This document shows positions 25,954 through 39,700 of a DNA stretch of 64,000 nt, one piece after another. The translations under genes were made by a program, and so were the position numbers. The notes below the pieces were generated by a model. The model saw nothing but the letters and a program-made list of their open reading frames with translations, searched no databases and was not told the DNA's origin. This stretch comes from Phallusia mammillata (Eukaryota), in the NCBI GenBank assembly GCA_965637545.1, contig OZ281494.1, positions 14,136,001 through 14,200,000 of the forward strand, read 5' to 3'. Numbering within the stretch: position 1 is the first letter of the stretch; every line of letters begins with the position of its first letter.

Positions 25954-27792
25954 TCATTCTTGCAAATGTTTTCACGATTTGCATTTTGTTTTGTCAAAAC
26001 TGTGAGAATCTATTGTAACCTTCACAACTTTATACCCATCTGGCAATAACACAATGGTAGAGTAAGCCAGGTGTGGGTGGCCCTTATTAATATATTTCTA
26101 TTTTTTCTTATTGTTATGCAATTTTTGCCGTACAATTCTTCATTTTACTTGTTTGTTGTTCTGTTTCTTGGTTGATAAACCTCTTGTCAAATGTGATACT
26201 GCACATATCTACTTGTCTTTTTATATTATGTGTTCTTTTTGCTGTACAGTACTTATCCGACTTTACCTTATCGAAAATAAGATTGTCTTGTTTCCAGTTA
26301 ATGTATTAATATTTACTGCAAAAAATGTTGAACAGATTTGTTGACAAATGTGCAGTAACCAGTAACCAACGACATGGCGAGCTTATTACTTATTAGGAAA
26401 CTTGGTTCACCTTGTTAGAATTTAATAATACCTTCTGACTTGTTTGACAATTAACAAAAATATGTGTCTTCCACTGTGCTGCAGGTATTTTTTAACCTTT
26501 ATAATTTTGCCCACATAAATACTGATCCAGTTGTAATCCACATTCACCTCCATAACAGATTTCTCCTCGACAGATTCACACCACATGTTTTATTGTGTTT
26601 CTATTTTACGTACTTTACTGGTACTAGTAAATGTTATACTTGTTGGTAAAAGTGTAGGTTTATTCAGAAAAAACCCAGCATACCAGTAGGTTGTGTTAGC
26701 ATACATGGTACTGTTTTTAAACATGCGATTGATGTAACATACCTAAATTACATCGTTTAGCAGTGAGCCCAGATATTTATTTTTCTGTAATACTGCCAAG
26801 GCACAGACGCAAACATAAGAAAGGCCTCAGAAACAAATGATTTTCTGAAATAGACAAGTTACCATAAGCTTTTCAAAAACATGTTTAATTCCTGTCCGCC
26901 CTTCATGACGTTGGTTCTGAAACTAATGTGTGCAACACAGCCAGTAGTTAGATGTCTAAAAAATAGACATTTCCTCTGTAACCTTTTGTTACGCATTGCA
27001 TTTTTTGAAAACATATTCTTCACATCCTTCAAAATTGTTGGATAAAAGAAAATGCATGTTTGGATAAAATAGGACCGCTAGGTGGCGTTGTGGATAGCAC
27101 GTCAACAAGGGACGCCGAGGCACGTTTGTCCTGTTTTTTTGTTGTGTTTGCCTTTTGTTTAACTGCAACGGTCCGCTTTTAAGTTTTAGTGTACCGTTGA
27201 CAAAATAATTGTCAGTGAAACAAAATGTATAACCACTGACCAGGGACGAATGTGTCAGGTTGTTATACTGTTTGACTGTGAATTTTTAGTTTATGAGCAG
27301 TTGGTTGAGCATTTCATTTTTTCGACTTGTCCACGAGGCAACTGCGTTGTGGTAACACTGTATTTAGCGTGAAATGTAAATTTTTAGAATTTTTTCTCCA
27401 AAAGACTGAGCCTATTAAACTTGACAACCATTAAATTACTGATTGACAAAGCCAACACAAAAAGTAGATTGAATTGAGATTAAATGATATGTGACATTTT
27501 TTAAGCTGTTGCTATCTGTTATTGTTTGCTTTATGTATGTTGTGAAAATTTTGAATTTAAAAATATTCCCAGGATAGCAATAACCTTAAAAATTTAGGAT
27601 ATTTTTTGTGACATGGGTTTAGAGTTTGATTATTTTCTGCTATTAAAATCATTGGTAATTTCAAGCCTTTTGGGTCAGAAATTTTTTATGTTTTTGAAAT
27701 CTAGATGCTTAACGAGTTTGTAAAATCTAGATGTTTTTCTAAATAGCAGTAAATAATCTTTGGGTAGTTTGGATTTGGATAACCCAACAATA

Positions 27793-30700
27793 ATGGACTT
27801 TGGATCTAGTCATGTTTTTGCTGGGTCCAGTGATGATAAAACATATTACTCCAGGTAGAGTTCATGTTACTTCTTATGACAGGGGTCGGCAACCTTTTAG
27901 GCGATGCGTGCCAATTTGTTATTTCATTGTGGTAATGGTTTCGCGTGCCAACGTTTTTCTAAATAATAGTGGTTCGTGCCAGCAGATAACAATAATTAAA
28001 AGAAAGCAGAGTGTTTTGTACATGTAAGGCTGAATTTTACAACAATGGCATGATAAAAACTATGAACAAGCAGTGTAACAGGTTAAAATGTTACTCCAAT
28101 ATAAACAGGCAAATCGGTTGGCGTGCCATGAAAAACCACCTCGCGTGCCAGGGGTTGCCGACCCCTGTCTTATGACAACAGTACATTATTTATGACAGAG
28201 ATACAAAACAAAAAAGACATAAAAGGGTGTGCAAAATTCCTTACCGCAAAAAGTGTAGTTATCTGAATTTAAAGTTTCAGTCTATATATATAAATATGAG
28301 TAGATATAAAGATATCCTTATTGATCTTACTTAAAATGCTTCAGAAACTTTTTATTTGAACAGTTTCACTGTTTTTAAAACATGTTCACAAATACCAAAG
28401 TAAATTTTGTAACAAGAAGCCACATTATTTTGCAGTGTTCCCAAAGAAATCACATCAACTACCCAGCATGGTAACTTTCAGTTTTTTTTGTTAAACTTTT
28501 TTGTTGTTGGTTATTACTCATATTGATAGGGAATGTGGGTGTCATTAGATACTAAATACCTAAATCTTAACCAAATGTGTAATTTAACATCACATATATA
28601 TATCTTATTTTTTTCCGAGAAATTTTGTTTTGAAAACAGTGCTTTGGTGTTCTTGACAGGAACACAAAATGAAGTTCAGGATCCCATATATGAGTCCATT
28701 GACAGAAAAGCCCAATCATGGTAAGTGTTTTTGTTTTGCCAAGTAGAAAACTTCATGTTCGTTATGTTAGTCTGATCCAGCATTAACTCATACATTTTTA
28801 ATGTCTGTTGGTTAATTTTAGGCAAAATAAGGAATTGCCACAACTCCCAGAAGAAGCTTTAGCACCCCCAACAAAGCCTAAAGTACCAGAGAAACCAGCA
28901 ATATACAGAACACAGTCCTTGTCTGACAAACTTCGAAAGGTGAAATTGTACATGTATATATATATTTTACGTTGGCATTTTACCATGTGGTACACATAGC
29001 TAGCTATGATATTAGGCCTGGATAGCTATAAAAAGTTTGCTTCGGCACTAAATCCCTAACAATTTAGTCTATTATGATGATGTGTTTTCAATTTTTAATT
29101 AAACATAGTGGAATGTGTTGCATGTCTTGACAAAAGCCTCCTTTAAAAAATAAATCAATTTATGAAAATGGGAATGTAAACATTTTTATTTGTCTGAGTA
29201 TCGTGTCAACAATTTTTAACTACTTGCGGCACTGTGTACTTTAAAAAACATGTTGCAGTTTATGGTGGTGTTTGCTCATAGGGAATTTCCCTGAGAGAAA
29301 TCCTGTGTCTCTTCATTGTGTAAAGACCCTAAGCAAACATGCTGACCAGTTTAATGTAATCAAATATCACTGATCATGTTACTGCAGCACCATATCAACA
29401 GAACTTCAGGATTAGATGTCAAATACATGAATTCTGCCACCATATTTTGTTTTCTTAAAGATGTCTTTTTTGGCAAAATTAATGTCTTTTATTGATTTTT
29501 AAGTTACTGTGTATGTTTTCCTGTTCAACCTAGAAAGTTGGTTAGTTTCGAAATTACAATTCATGTAACAAAAACTTTCATGGACAATAACTGTTATGGC
29601 AAAAATGTGTGTTTTATGTTTCTAAGCTTTTTCTAAAATTTCAAGCAAACAAATTTGTCTTTTATCAGGCCCTGGAGGTAAGAGAAAAGGAACTTGAAAG
29701 TAACAGCAAATTACAACCAGTGTTTCATGAGTATGATGCTGTTGAAATGGGTGAGAATAAGAGTGGGAGTGGACCCCCTTTGCCACCAAGAACAACTCTC
29801 CCACATGTTCCAAGCAGCCCTACTTCCCAAGCTAAAAAAACTGTATCTAAGAAGGAGCCTATTTATGTACCCCATACAGCAAATAAAGGTGCCCCAACAG
29901 CCAGCATTCCAATGCTGAGGCCCCCACCATCTTCCATCAAGCGAAAGACTCCACAGCCTGATGTCAACTTTGCCAACTTTACACAGCCAGTTGCTGGTGG
30001 TGACTTGAAACAAACCGTAACGACCAAACAGACTTCAAATGTACCAGAGGAAGTAGCTTGGGACGCTATGCCTACAGCTAACACTCATAAAGTCGCTGTA
30101 CCAAACCCCTACCATGAATTTCAGCAAACCAGTCTTGAGAGACTATACCCAATGTTGCCTTCGGCTGATGAAGACAGCAACAGCCATTTAGCACAGCCAT
30201 CTATTGTTCCATCAGCCCCTCAATTAAGTCATACATTGGTAAGGCGAGATGCGGAGTTCTTGAAAGATCAATTACGCTCTTCAGCTTTGGTTGTGAATGG
30301 CAGTGGCTCTAATTCAGATTCGGTAGATACTAATTTGCAACCTGATGGTGAATCGGTATGTTGCACAAAACCAATTTGTGTGTTTAGTTTTTGGAAATAC
30401 ACAAGTATGGTTTTTTGTGTGTTTTACTGTAATTTCACTGTGTGTTTTTAACTATTGCTGCTAATGCCTAACTTTTAGGTTTTTAATTGATTTTTCACTC
30501 ACTTTGTGACTTTGGCATAACTTAGTATTTTATTCACATACTTTTGTGATTAATTGGTGTGCCAAGTGTGTGTGAAAATAGTTTGACTCAATAGCACAAT
30601 GCATGTGGTGCGTTGCACCAATACTTCAGCTACTAAACAATTTAAATCAACTGCAGGGTTTGTTACAAGTCTTGCCAACAGCCCCTCGTTTGACTGCAAG

Positions 30701-33700
30701 TATGATAAGAAGAGATCAACAAAGAGCAAGTCCATCGCCATTACATAGGTACAATGATGTTTTCAGCGCATGTATAAGTTTCGGCCAGCAACTCGGCTTT
30801 TAAATTTAAGACTTCCACATTTCATTCTGTGCGGTGGTTAGTAGTTACCAGTTACTACATCCCTGTCTGTTATAATGGCCATTGCTTGTTGCTTATACAG
30901 TTTTTTAATCTTTATCAAAATAGAATCCTTTTTATCTGAACCATTTTGTTTTCAATGTTCTATAAAGGAAAAACTCACAAATTAAACAATACATAAAACA
31001 TATAACTATTGTGTTTTTTTTTCTTGTCCTACATAAAAATGGAATTAGATGCTATCACATCCAGACAAAAATAGTATCACACAAAAGCTATTCTTATACA
31101 AACTGTGACATCTGTGTAATAAATGGGCTAAAATTGAATGAAATACTATTTTATTAGTGCACCAGGCCTGTGATCGCTGTTCTGCATGAATGCTTTAGAT
31201 CTGATCCCAGTATGAATGTATGTTCATCTTAGCTGACCATTTTGTTAGAGTTTAAACAAGAGTATGTTTACTTTCCACTGCCACCTTAGGTGTCAATTTA
31301 CTGTAGTGGCAGAGGTCGTGCGTCACCCCACTTAAAATCTTTGGGGTGGTAGCTATTATAAAAGAGCTATGCTGCTAACCCAACAATATTTTTGCATTTT
31401 AGACATGTGTTTCATTCATTAGAAGTCACTTATTTCACTTTAAGCACATGTACAGCAAGCGTTAAGCTCTTTGTGTTTTTCTTACAACTTCTCATTGTTT
31501 AGGCGCGCTCATGACTGCCACATAGTATTAGGTTAAAAATCATAAATATTGTACAGAATCAAAATATTTTTCCATTTTTTTCGGTTATTTTTCCCTTTTT
31601 TACAGGACAAACTCAATGGAGTCAGTTTACTCTTCAGCTGATACAAATGTGGTATGCATTAAGCTTGGCATCATAGGAGAAAAAAATGGAAGTCAGATGT
31701 GTTATGCTCCTCCTGTGCAATGTGCAACATGTACAGCTTCTAATGTTAATGCTAGTGAGGTACATCGTTTATTCTTCACCAATTACCTTAAAAAATTATA
31801 TATTAACCTTTAAATATATTCCAAAATTAGTCAAGTAATTTGGAAATTCTTTTTTGGTAACTTTATTTCTAAATTACCAAGTATGGCTTTAAGTATTGTA
31901 AAATGTTTACTGTGCAGCTAAATCTACCAAGAAATGATGATAAAAAATTGATATGAACGCTTTGTGTATTATGACTTTTTATTGGGGATGCAACTTTCAT
32001 GACATGCAGTCACAAAACAATTAATTAATCAACATTTTTTCACTGCAGGAATGGATTTGCAAGTTTTGTGGCAGCAAGAACTTCTCTCCCTGTCCTCAGA
32101 TACCTGAAAGATTTGCTAGCGATGTTACGTATGTTTTACAACCACCAATGCAAACCCTGGGCAACAATGATTCACTCGTGGTTTTATGCATTGACACGTC
32201 AGGAAGCATGTGTGTCACATCAAAGGTGGGAATGTACTGTAATAATTTAACTGCTGTCACGTTTGGTGGGTTCACACAGGTATTTCAGAAAAAAGTTGAC
32301 AGGTGGTACCTGATCAGTATAAGGTTGAGAACCACTGGTTTTAAGTGTACTTTACAATGGTTAAACTTTGTCAAAAAGGGCTTCCCATGAAATATGTACA
32401 AAAACATCATGTTACTTAGTAAACTGATTCTAATCCATACAACCATCATGTTTCAGGTTGAATCACCTTCCGGTAATTTGTTCGTTTCAAGACTACAGGT
32501 TAGATAACAACTTTGTGTGTTTTTGTAGGTATTCTGTTCCAAATTGAAAATAAAACCATAATATCATTTTATCATGAACCAACTCTTTCCGTTTGTTGTG
32601 TTGCTTTTCCAAGCCTACCTCATCTGTTTTTAAATGTTTGCTACAAAAGTTGGCCAATAGCTTTATTTTAAGGAATTTGAACAGATTTCTGTGTTTATCT
32701 TTATCCATTAGTTTTTTTTAGTAAAGTGTTAAATTGAATTAGTTAAGTGTTAAATTGAATTTGTATTGATATTTCTATCAAAAGATGTGTTTTTTTTCTG
32801 CTGCTTGTTGATGCCGCAGCTATCTGAATAATGTATTGGTGTGCCATTAAATTTCCCGGTAATCAAACTGACAGGCTGACAGATTAAAATCAAGACTACG
32901 GTAATGACGAATATGTAATTAATACATGACTAGTAGATTTATTGCCACAGGTTGAACTTATGCAAAACCTTTTTTTTTAAACTGTTGGTTGCTATGCTAC
33001 CAGACATTACCAATGAAGTTTTGATTAAATGTGATCAAGCATTTTTGAAAGCCTTATTGTGTGGTTTGTATTCTAACAAAGGGTGTACAGCAAGCCATTC
33101 ATGAGCAGCTAAACAGAATTTCTACATCAAACCCCGGGGCAAGGGTGGCTTTGGTCACATTCAGTGATGTAGTAAGTAAACATATATGTGATTTTAAACC
33201 ACATTTTTACACATTCTTATAATATAGCTGATAGGTACAGTTTTCGAAAGGCACATTTTAAATGACAAAAACACTAATTTGAATACGTCCTTATTTTAGT
33301 AATGTGTAAAATATTGTCTGACAATCGCATGCAGTATGCAGGCAATAAATATGACGTCACTCCATGTGACGTCACTAATGCGTGCAACCACAACAGCTCA
33401 AACTCAAAGCCTAACAAAGTTCCAATAAAATGCAACGTTCGTCAAAATCATTAATAAGGGAATGTTTAAAACAGTGGTTCCCAACCAGGGCCCATGGCCC
33501 CCCAGGGGGGTCACGAGCTATGTTCAGGGGGGCCACAGGTGTAGATTTACCAGAAACACCCACTAAAATTTCCCTAATTTAATCAACTATTTTGCATACT
33601 ATTTGTCTATATTCAGGCTTTTTACGAATGCGGACCCTTATTTACTCTATTCGACCTGCGTTTAAAGCCGATATTAGTATCCAATTTCCACACGAGTTTG

Positions 33701-36700
33701 CCATTTACATTTTAAGGGGGCCACAGGACTTACAAGGTTACATGAAGGGGGCCACGAGGCAAAAATGACACTTTTAGGGGGCCACGGTCCATGGAAGGTT
33801 GGGAACCACTGGTTTAAAATAACATTATTTTGAAACACGTTGCTGTAGAGCAGTGCACTGCCCTTCAACCGGGGTTCTGCGGAACCCTTGGGTTCCGTAC
33901 AACCCTTACAGGGGTTCCGTGAACTTTATAGGGTTGCAGTTTTAAGGCACGTTTTATTGCTTTTTCGCCAGCACACTTGTTTAAATGCAAAATCGTTCCT
34001 GATTTTCTTCACATTTTGCGATGTTTCGTGCGATACCGCTATCAAACTAACCAAAATTTCCACGGTGGCCGCCACCGTGCTTCGAAAACGCACTCGCGGC
34101 GCCGCCCCGCCACTGCCTACTCGGCGCCTATGCAGGCAATGCATTGTCTGAAAAAAGTTGTAAAAACTGCAAATCCTAAAGTAGTACAGACGAATCCGGT
34201 TAATCGCATACCGGTTAATCGCATAATCCGTTTAATTGCATCACAATTAAAAATCCCAAACCGTCGCCCATCGTTTGTTAAGAAAATCGTCCGGAGGTAA
34301 TGTACGCGAAAAAGACGTAGATGTATTTTTGCATTCCACACCAATAACGTTGAAAATGACACGTCTCCGACCATAAAATATTTTGGAAAAGTTATTAGGA
34401 GATTAAATCGGCGTTCAGTGTACCTTTTTTTATTGCCTTATCTAATCGCCAATAGTTTAAATCAAGCGTTTAAATAAAGAGTTCAACGTGTTAAAATTAC
34501 GAAACTGGTGTTCCGTCAAAGACGCTGATTGTAATTTCTTACTAAGTGCGAACTGCACCAAATTCGAAGTGTTAAACTGTATTGAAATTTAAACAATGTT
34601 AAATGTAAAACAACTGTTTAAAAATGTTTTCTGTTATATTGTTCAGGACCCGCCAAACACGTAATGGTTGTAAAAAATGTTAGATCGCAAATAATCACAC
34701 CATGTTGTTTAGATTCACGTAGTTGGTAACGTGCCAATGATTGCCATATTTTGTCTTCTGTTCGTGACCTTGCGCAACTTATCAGGTAAAACACCGATTA
34801 AGAAAGGCATTTATTCCTGTAGTATTTGTTGCTGCTTTAAATTTTTGAAGCAACGATCACACGTTGATCACGTGACAGTCACGCTAATCTTGCAGCTGCA
34901 GTTTTGCTGAGTAAGCTAGAAAGTAGCGCCACAATCTGAGTCGTTAAAGTTTTGCTAAAATCAAATATTCTTTTTGTCAATTGGATAACGGGTTATAATA
35001 GAAACTGATGCAGCTCGCCTTAGTGCCCTTGCGCTGTAGAATGTGCCAAAGTTGTAAGTTTGACCCGGTTTCGGTCGTGTACTTTCGGATTTGGGCTTGC
35101 TTACAAATATGCACCTAGCACTTTGCCGCTTAACGCGTTGGTTTGAACTAGAAAACGAAATAGGTTAGAAACAACAGGCCATTTTACGTGTATATTAGGC
35201 GAGAGGCCTGGCAAGACTAAAACAAGACTAAAACGTCATAAACCGTCTTCATAGGGAAGTTCCCAAATTTAAATGTTGGGCCGCTTAGCTACGATGCGAT
35301 GTAACATATCTTTTCAAATAAACCTGACTGCAAGAGAAAGCACAAATCTAACGAACTGTGGCGTGTGCGCCAGTTAAGAGTGTGTGTGTGCGTTTCTACT
35401 GTTTCTTTAACACATTTAGGCGATTGCACCATAGCCACGACAGTTAGGAAGCATGACGTCATGTATTGCGCTGAGAGCAGCAATTTTTTCAATTCCCGGC
35501 AACAAAAGAGAGGAAATACTGCTCCGTTGCCATAGTTGAGCGTCACTGCAACTTTGTTTCAGCTGGGGAAGTGAAAATGAGCACTTTTGTAAACGGCGTG
35601 TGCTGTTTACATAGCAAATCGATGATGCGATTAACCGGATTCGTCTGTATAAACAAACCTTTAATTGTCAATATTTAGATGCAACTTTAACTTGCTACGT
35701 TTATCTATTTATTAATCTACTTCAGGTTCAAATGTTAGGTGACGGATCGCCAAGTCAGCACTTAAAGCTTGACGATATGCAGCTATTTGATTTCGACTAT
35801 TTACATTATGTCGGCTCCACCGCTCCCCTTCCCAGCCCAATCTCCAAGTCCAAGGGACAGCTCGACAACGCTGTTTCCAAGTAAGTTGTTTGCACTGTGA
35901 TAGCTTGAGCCCGTTTCAAATGCGGCTTTTGCGCAGCGAGTTGCTAAACAGAATCTTGGTGCAAACACGTTTAGATGTAGCTGCAGCGCGTTTGTCATTT
36001 TTACTTTTACCTCAATTGTGGCCTGTAATTTGTCACGCTTTATAACGTCTCAACGTTGCGCACCTATTTCCGACAAGGCGATTTTTAGGCATTTGTGTTA
36101 CAACAATCATTTACGGAGCGAAATAAACTCAACTGAATTCTATACAGTCAGTGTTCAGTTCTAAAACAGTTTGGACAAATATATCTATTATTATGTGATA
36201 GAACAAATATGGTTTGTTTTTCCGCGAACACAAATTTTGCTATTACTTGTTTAAATCAAATCGACAAAATACCTTTTTTTATTTTCAAACCCTGTTTGGC
36301 AAGGTAAATGTTTGGATTCGTTACTTTGCAATGGTAGCGTTGAAGCGACTTTTGCAAAAATACTTTCCAAGCGTTCCACTTGACTAATTATGGGTCCCCT
36401 TCCCTGAAGGGGACACATATTGATTTTACTCAAATTGTTTTTGTTTTTTTTCTTTTGTTTTCTTCCTTTTTTTTCTCCCCAAAGTTTGTCCGACTCGTTT
36501 TTCCATCAAATGTTTGATGGATTTGGCTGAAATTTACACAAATGGGAGATATAGTTATGTAGATGTGCATCCCACTTTGTTTTTGTTGATAACCCCAGTA
36601 TTTACCCCGCTCGCCCCCTAAAATGGGTGTTTTTACCCAAAGTTTGTCCGACTCGTTTTTCAATCAAATGTTTGATGGATTTGGCTGAAATTTACACAGA

Positions 36701-39700
36701 TGGTAGATATATTCATGTAGATGTGCATCCCACTTTGTTTTTGTTGATAACCCCAGTATTTACCCCGCTTGCCCCCTAAAATGGGTGAGTTTTTAAACAG
36801 TGTCAGAATTGGCTGAAATTTGGATTTCTTGTATAGTATGCCATTTATAGGTGTCAATTGTTGTGTTCAACCCTGTAGTCCTAACATTTACCCCACAAGC
36901 CCCTAAAGTGTAAAACGTATTTGTATGTTACTGGGCACCACAAACGAAAGATTTATTTGGAGCAATAGTGTTACAAGGGCAACCAGTTGTTTGTTGCTCG
37001 TTGGTGGGTTTCTTGGTGGTCGTTTTTGTGCCATGGCAGTTAGGGGCTTGTTAACAGCCCTATGACGTCAGAAACAGTAACGGTTGTTGCTCAAAACACC
37101 TCTAGTGGTCGAAATTTTAAACATTGGCGGATTGGGCTGAAATTTTGCAGTACTATTGATTGAGTCATTGTGGTTTTTATATATTTTTTAGTTTGTGTGT
37201 CGAACCCAATTAGTTGCCCTACTAGCCCCCTAAAATGGGTCAGTTTTTTTAAAACGTTAAATAGGACATACTTTAACCAATATCTGGGGTGAATCTAATT
37301 TTATAGTTTGTATTCTACATAGTATTATTATTTAAGCCCAGTGCCGATCACTGTGTTTTACCTTACAACACCCGACTTTTGCATGGTTATCTCTTGAAAT
37401 GCATTATCTACAACTTTGCATGTGTGGGGACCCATGAGTTTTTGCCTGCAGAAACGACTAAAGTTATAAAAGACGGTGACTAATATGGGACCCAATACAA
37501 AATAAGAATAGGAAATATATTTATGTTTTAAAATAGGTTATAGTGTATATGCAAGGGCAATATGTGCTAAGCCACCCTTCTAGTATTATTACACCAACTT
37601 GACTAACTCGTCGCCTTCGGTCAGAAATAATAGAGAAAAAAAAAACGGTTGGATCTATTAAATGCTCTTGTAAGTATTATTCAAGTTGTATAGCAATGTT
37701 TGTTTGTTAACAGCCTGAAGGAGGGAGGTGTAACTGCACTCGGTCCGGCTTTATTGTTGTCAACGGCTCTCGCGTCACAGAAGCCCGGGTCACAGGTAAC
37801 TATGCAGTTATCATCGAAATTTAGAAACTATTGCTTCAAAAACAAGCATCAGTTGTCGTAGCAACAAAAACAGCAAATCCCTTAGCACCCAAACTCATTG
37901 TGTCCTATTATCAAGTATTGTTACCTTTGTGGTGCGGTAACTATTTTCTGTTAAACGATGACGCACTCGTTCTACAACTCTCATGTGACCTTGTTTTCAA
38001 ACACGCATCACGACAATCCCGTGATTACGGTCCGCGCAAGTGTGTCGTCGAAGTGTTTCCAAAAATAACTCGAAACTGCGCAAATACTAAATCCAGTTGA
38101 TTCCTGGGGCCTCTATGTACGGAACTGTTAGTTTTATGATGAATAAGTTTTTCAAGCAAAATTATTTTTTTATGTTGCTATTTTGGACATTACTTGTAAA
38201 AAAACCTCAATACTAAATGGAACCATAAGGTATATAAAAATCATGGATATTTCTGCACTTCTTGGATAAATCGTTTAACTACAGCCCATATCCGAACGTT
38301 TGTTGTCAGAACCAACCAAAGATGATTTGAAAAACCTTTAGCTCAACGAATAAAGTAAAACCAAACAACGCGGGAAGTCAATAAACTTGGAACGAAAGAA
38401 AGGTTTCACTCATTCATTAGAGCAGGGGTGGGTTACCTTTGTTACTGTGGGGCCAAATGCAATAGCCAAAATTGCGGTCCGCACCTGTGTATAACACAAG
38501 GTGATTTTTCTTCGTTGCTTACCAAATATGCTTAACTACAAGTGAAATTCGCATTTAATTCTATAGCTACATATTGCCTGGTCGCAGAAAAATAGCATCG
38601 AGCGCATTAATGTGCTCAAAAATATATAATGGTTAAGACTCGTTTGCCAACAGATTTGAAAAGCCGCAGGTTGCCCACCTCTGCATTAAAGCATTAATAA
38701 TGAGGAGGAAGCCATTTTTCAATGTATAGTTGGTGCCAACATCCGTAAAGTGATGATCAAATTTCAGGGAAACTCGATGAACGTGCGTCTGGGGGAAGCA
38801 GAGTTATTGCTTTCGCTGTCGATACTTTATTCTCGCCATATTACGTAGCAATTACACATTACGTAATGACTAAAACAACACATCGACAGTAGTATAAGGA
38901 TCTGTGCAGATTGAAGTACTCCATTATATTACTTGTTAAATTTGTTTATGTCCATTTAGTTTCGAGACGTGCTCTCTTGCAGTTGATGACTATGTTATAG
39001 ACCTGTATACTTAAGTTACTTATATAAACAACATAAATACGAATGTATTCTTCATACACAAGTTCTTTGGCACTTATGTTTTTGATTTTAATTACTCTTC
39101 AAGTCCTTGTATAGTGTTTCTATCCTAAATAGGAAATATTGACTTTTTAAGCAAGATTGTATTAATTTAGTCCACTACTATTAAATGTTTGTTGTAAAAG
39201 ACCGACCAAGTTGGTCTTGATATTTGTAACAAGTCCAAGTGGCGTTAAAGTAAAGACGAGCTTGTGTCGCTTTGAACTTAAACATGTTGCAGTTCAAGTT
39301 TACTTACTAGCTTGATAATGGCAATCACCAGGCAAAGTTTCTAAAATTTGTCCAGTAGATACTATTTTGGCCTCAGCTGTCAACCTTTATAATGTATAAC
39401 CTCCTAAAACTATTTGCTGCTTAAAAGGCATGTCTTGTATTCTTTTATGAAGATCGTATTCAAGCGAGTATGGTTTGTTAGTGTTTTACACTGGTTTGTG
39501 TTTAGGTTATTGTTTGTACCGACGGAAGAGCAAACGTTGGTGTGGGAAGTTTGGAGACGGAAAGCGATTATGAGTTATGTCACCATTTCTACAAACAAAC
39601 CACTGAGATGGCTTCCATGTCTGGGTGTGTAAATGACTTCATATGTTAAACTGTTAAAGGATTGCAGACTACTAAAGCCCTCATGAAAAGTATGCGTCAA

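Noticed and set aside
27800-28027. 75-aa ORF MDLVMFLLGP...
   Set aside because: It is an off-frame overlap of the true first exon (MDFGSSHVF, 27793-27854) running on into a MITE.
36478-36793. Possible CRISPR-like array
   Set aside because: The 158-bp units are repeated whole with no unique spacers, and the context is a eukaryotic intron.
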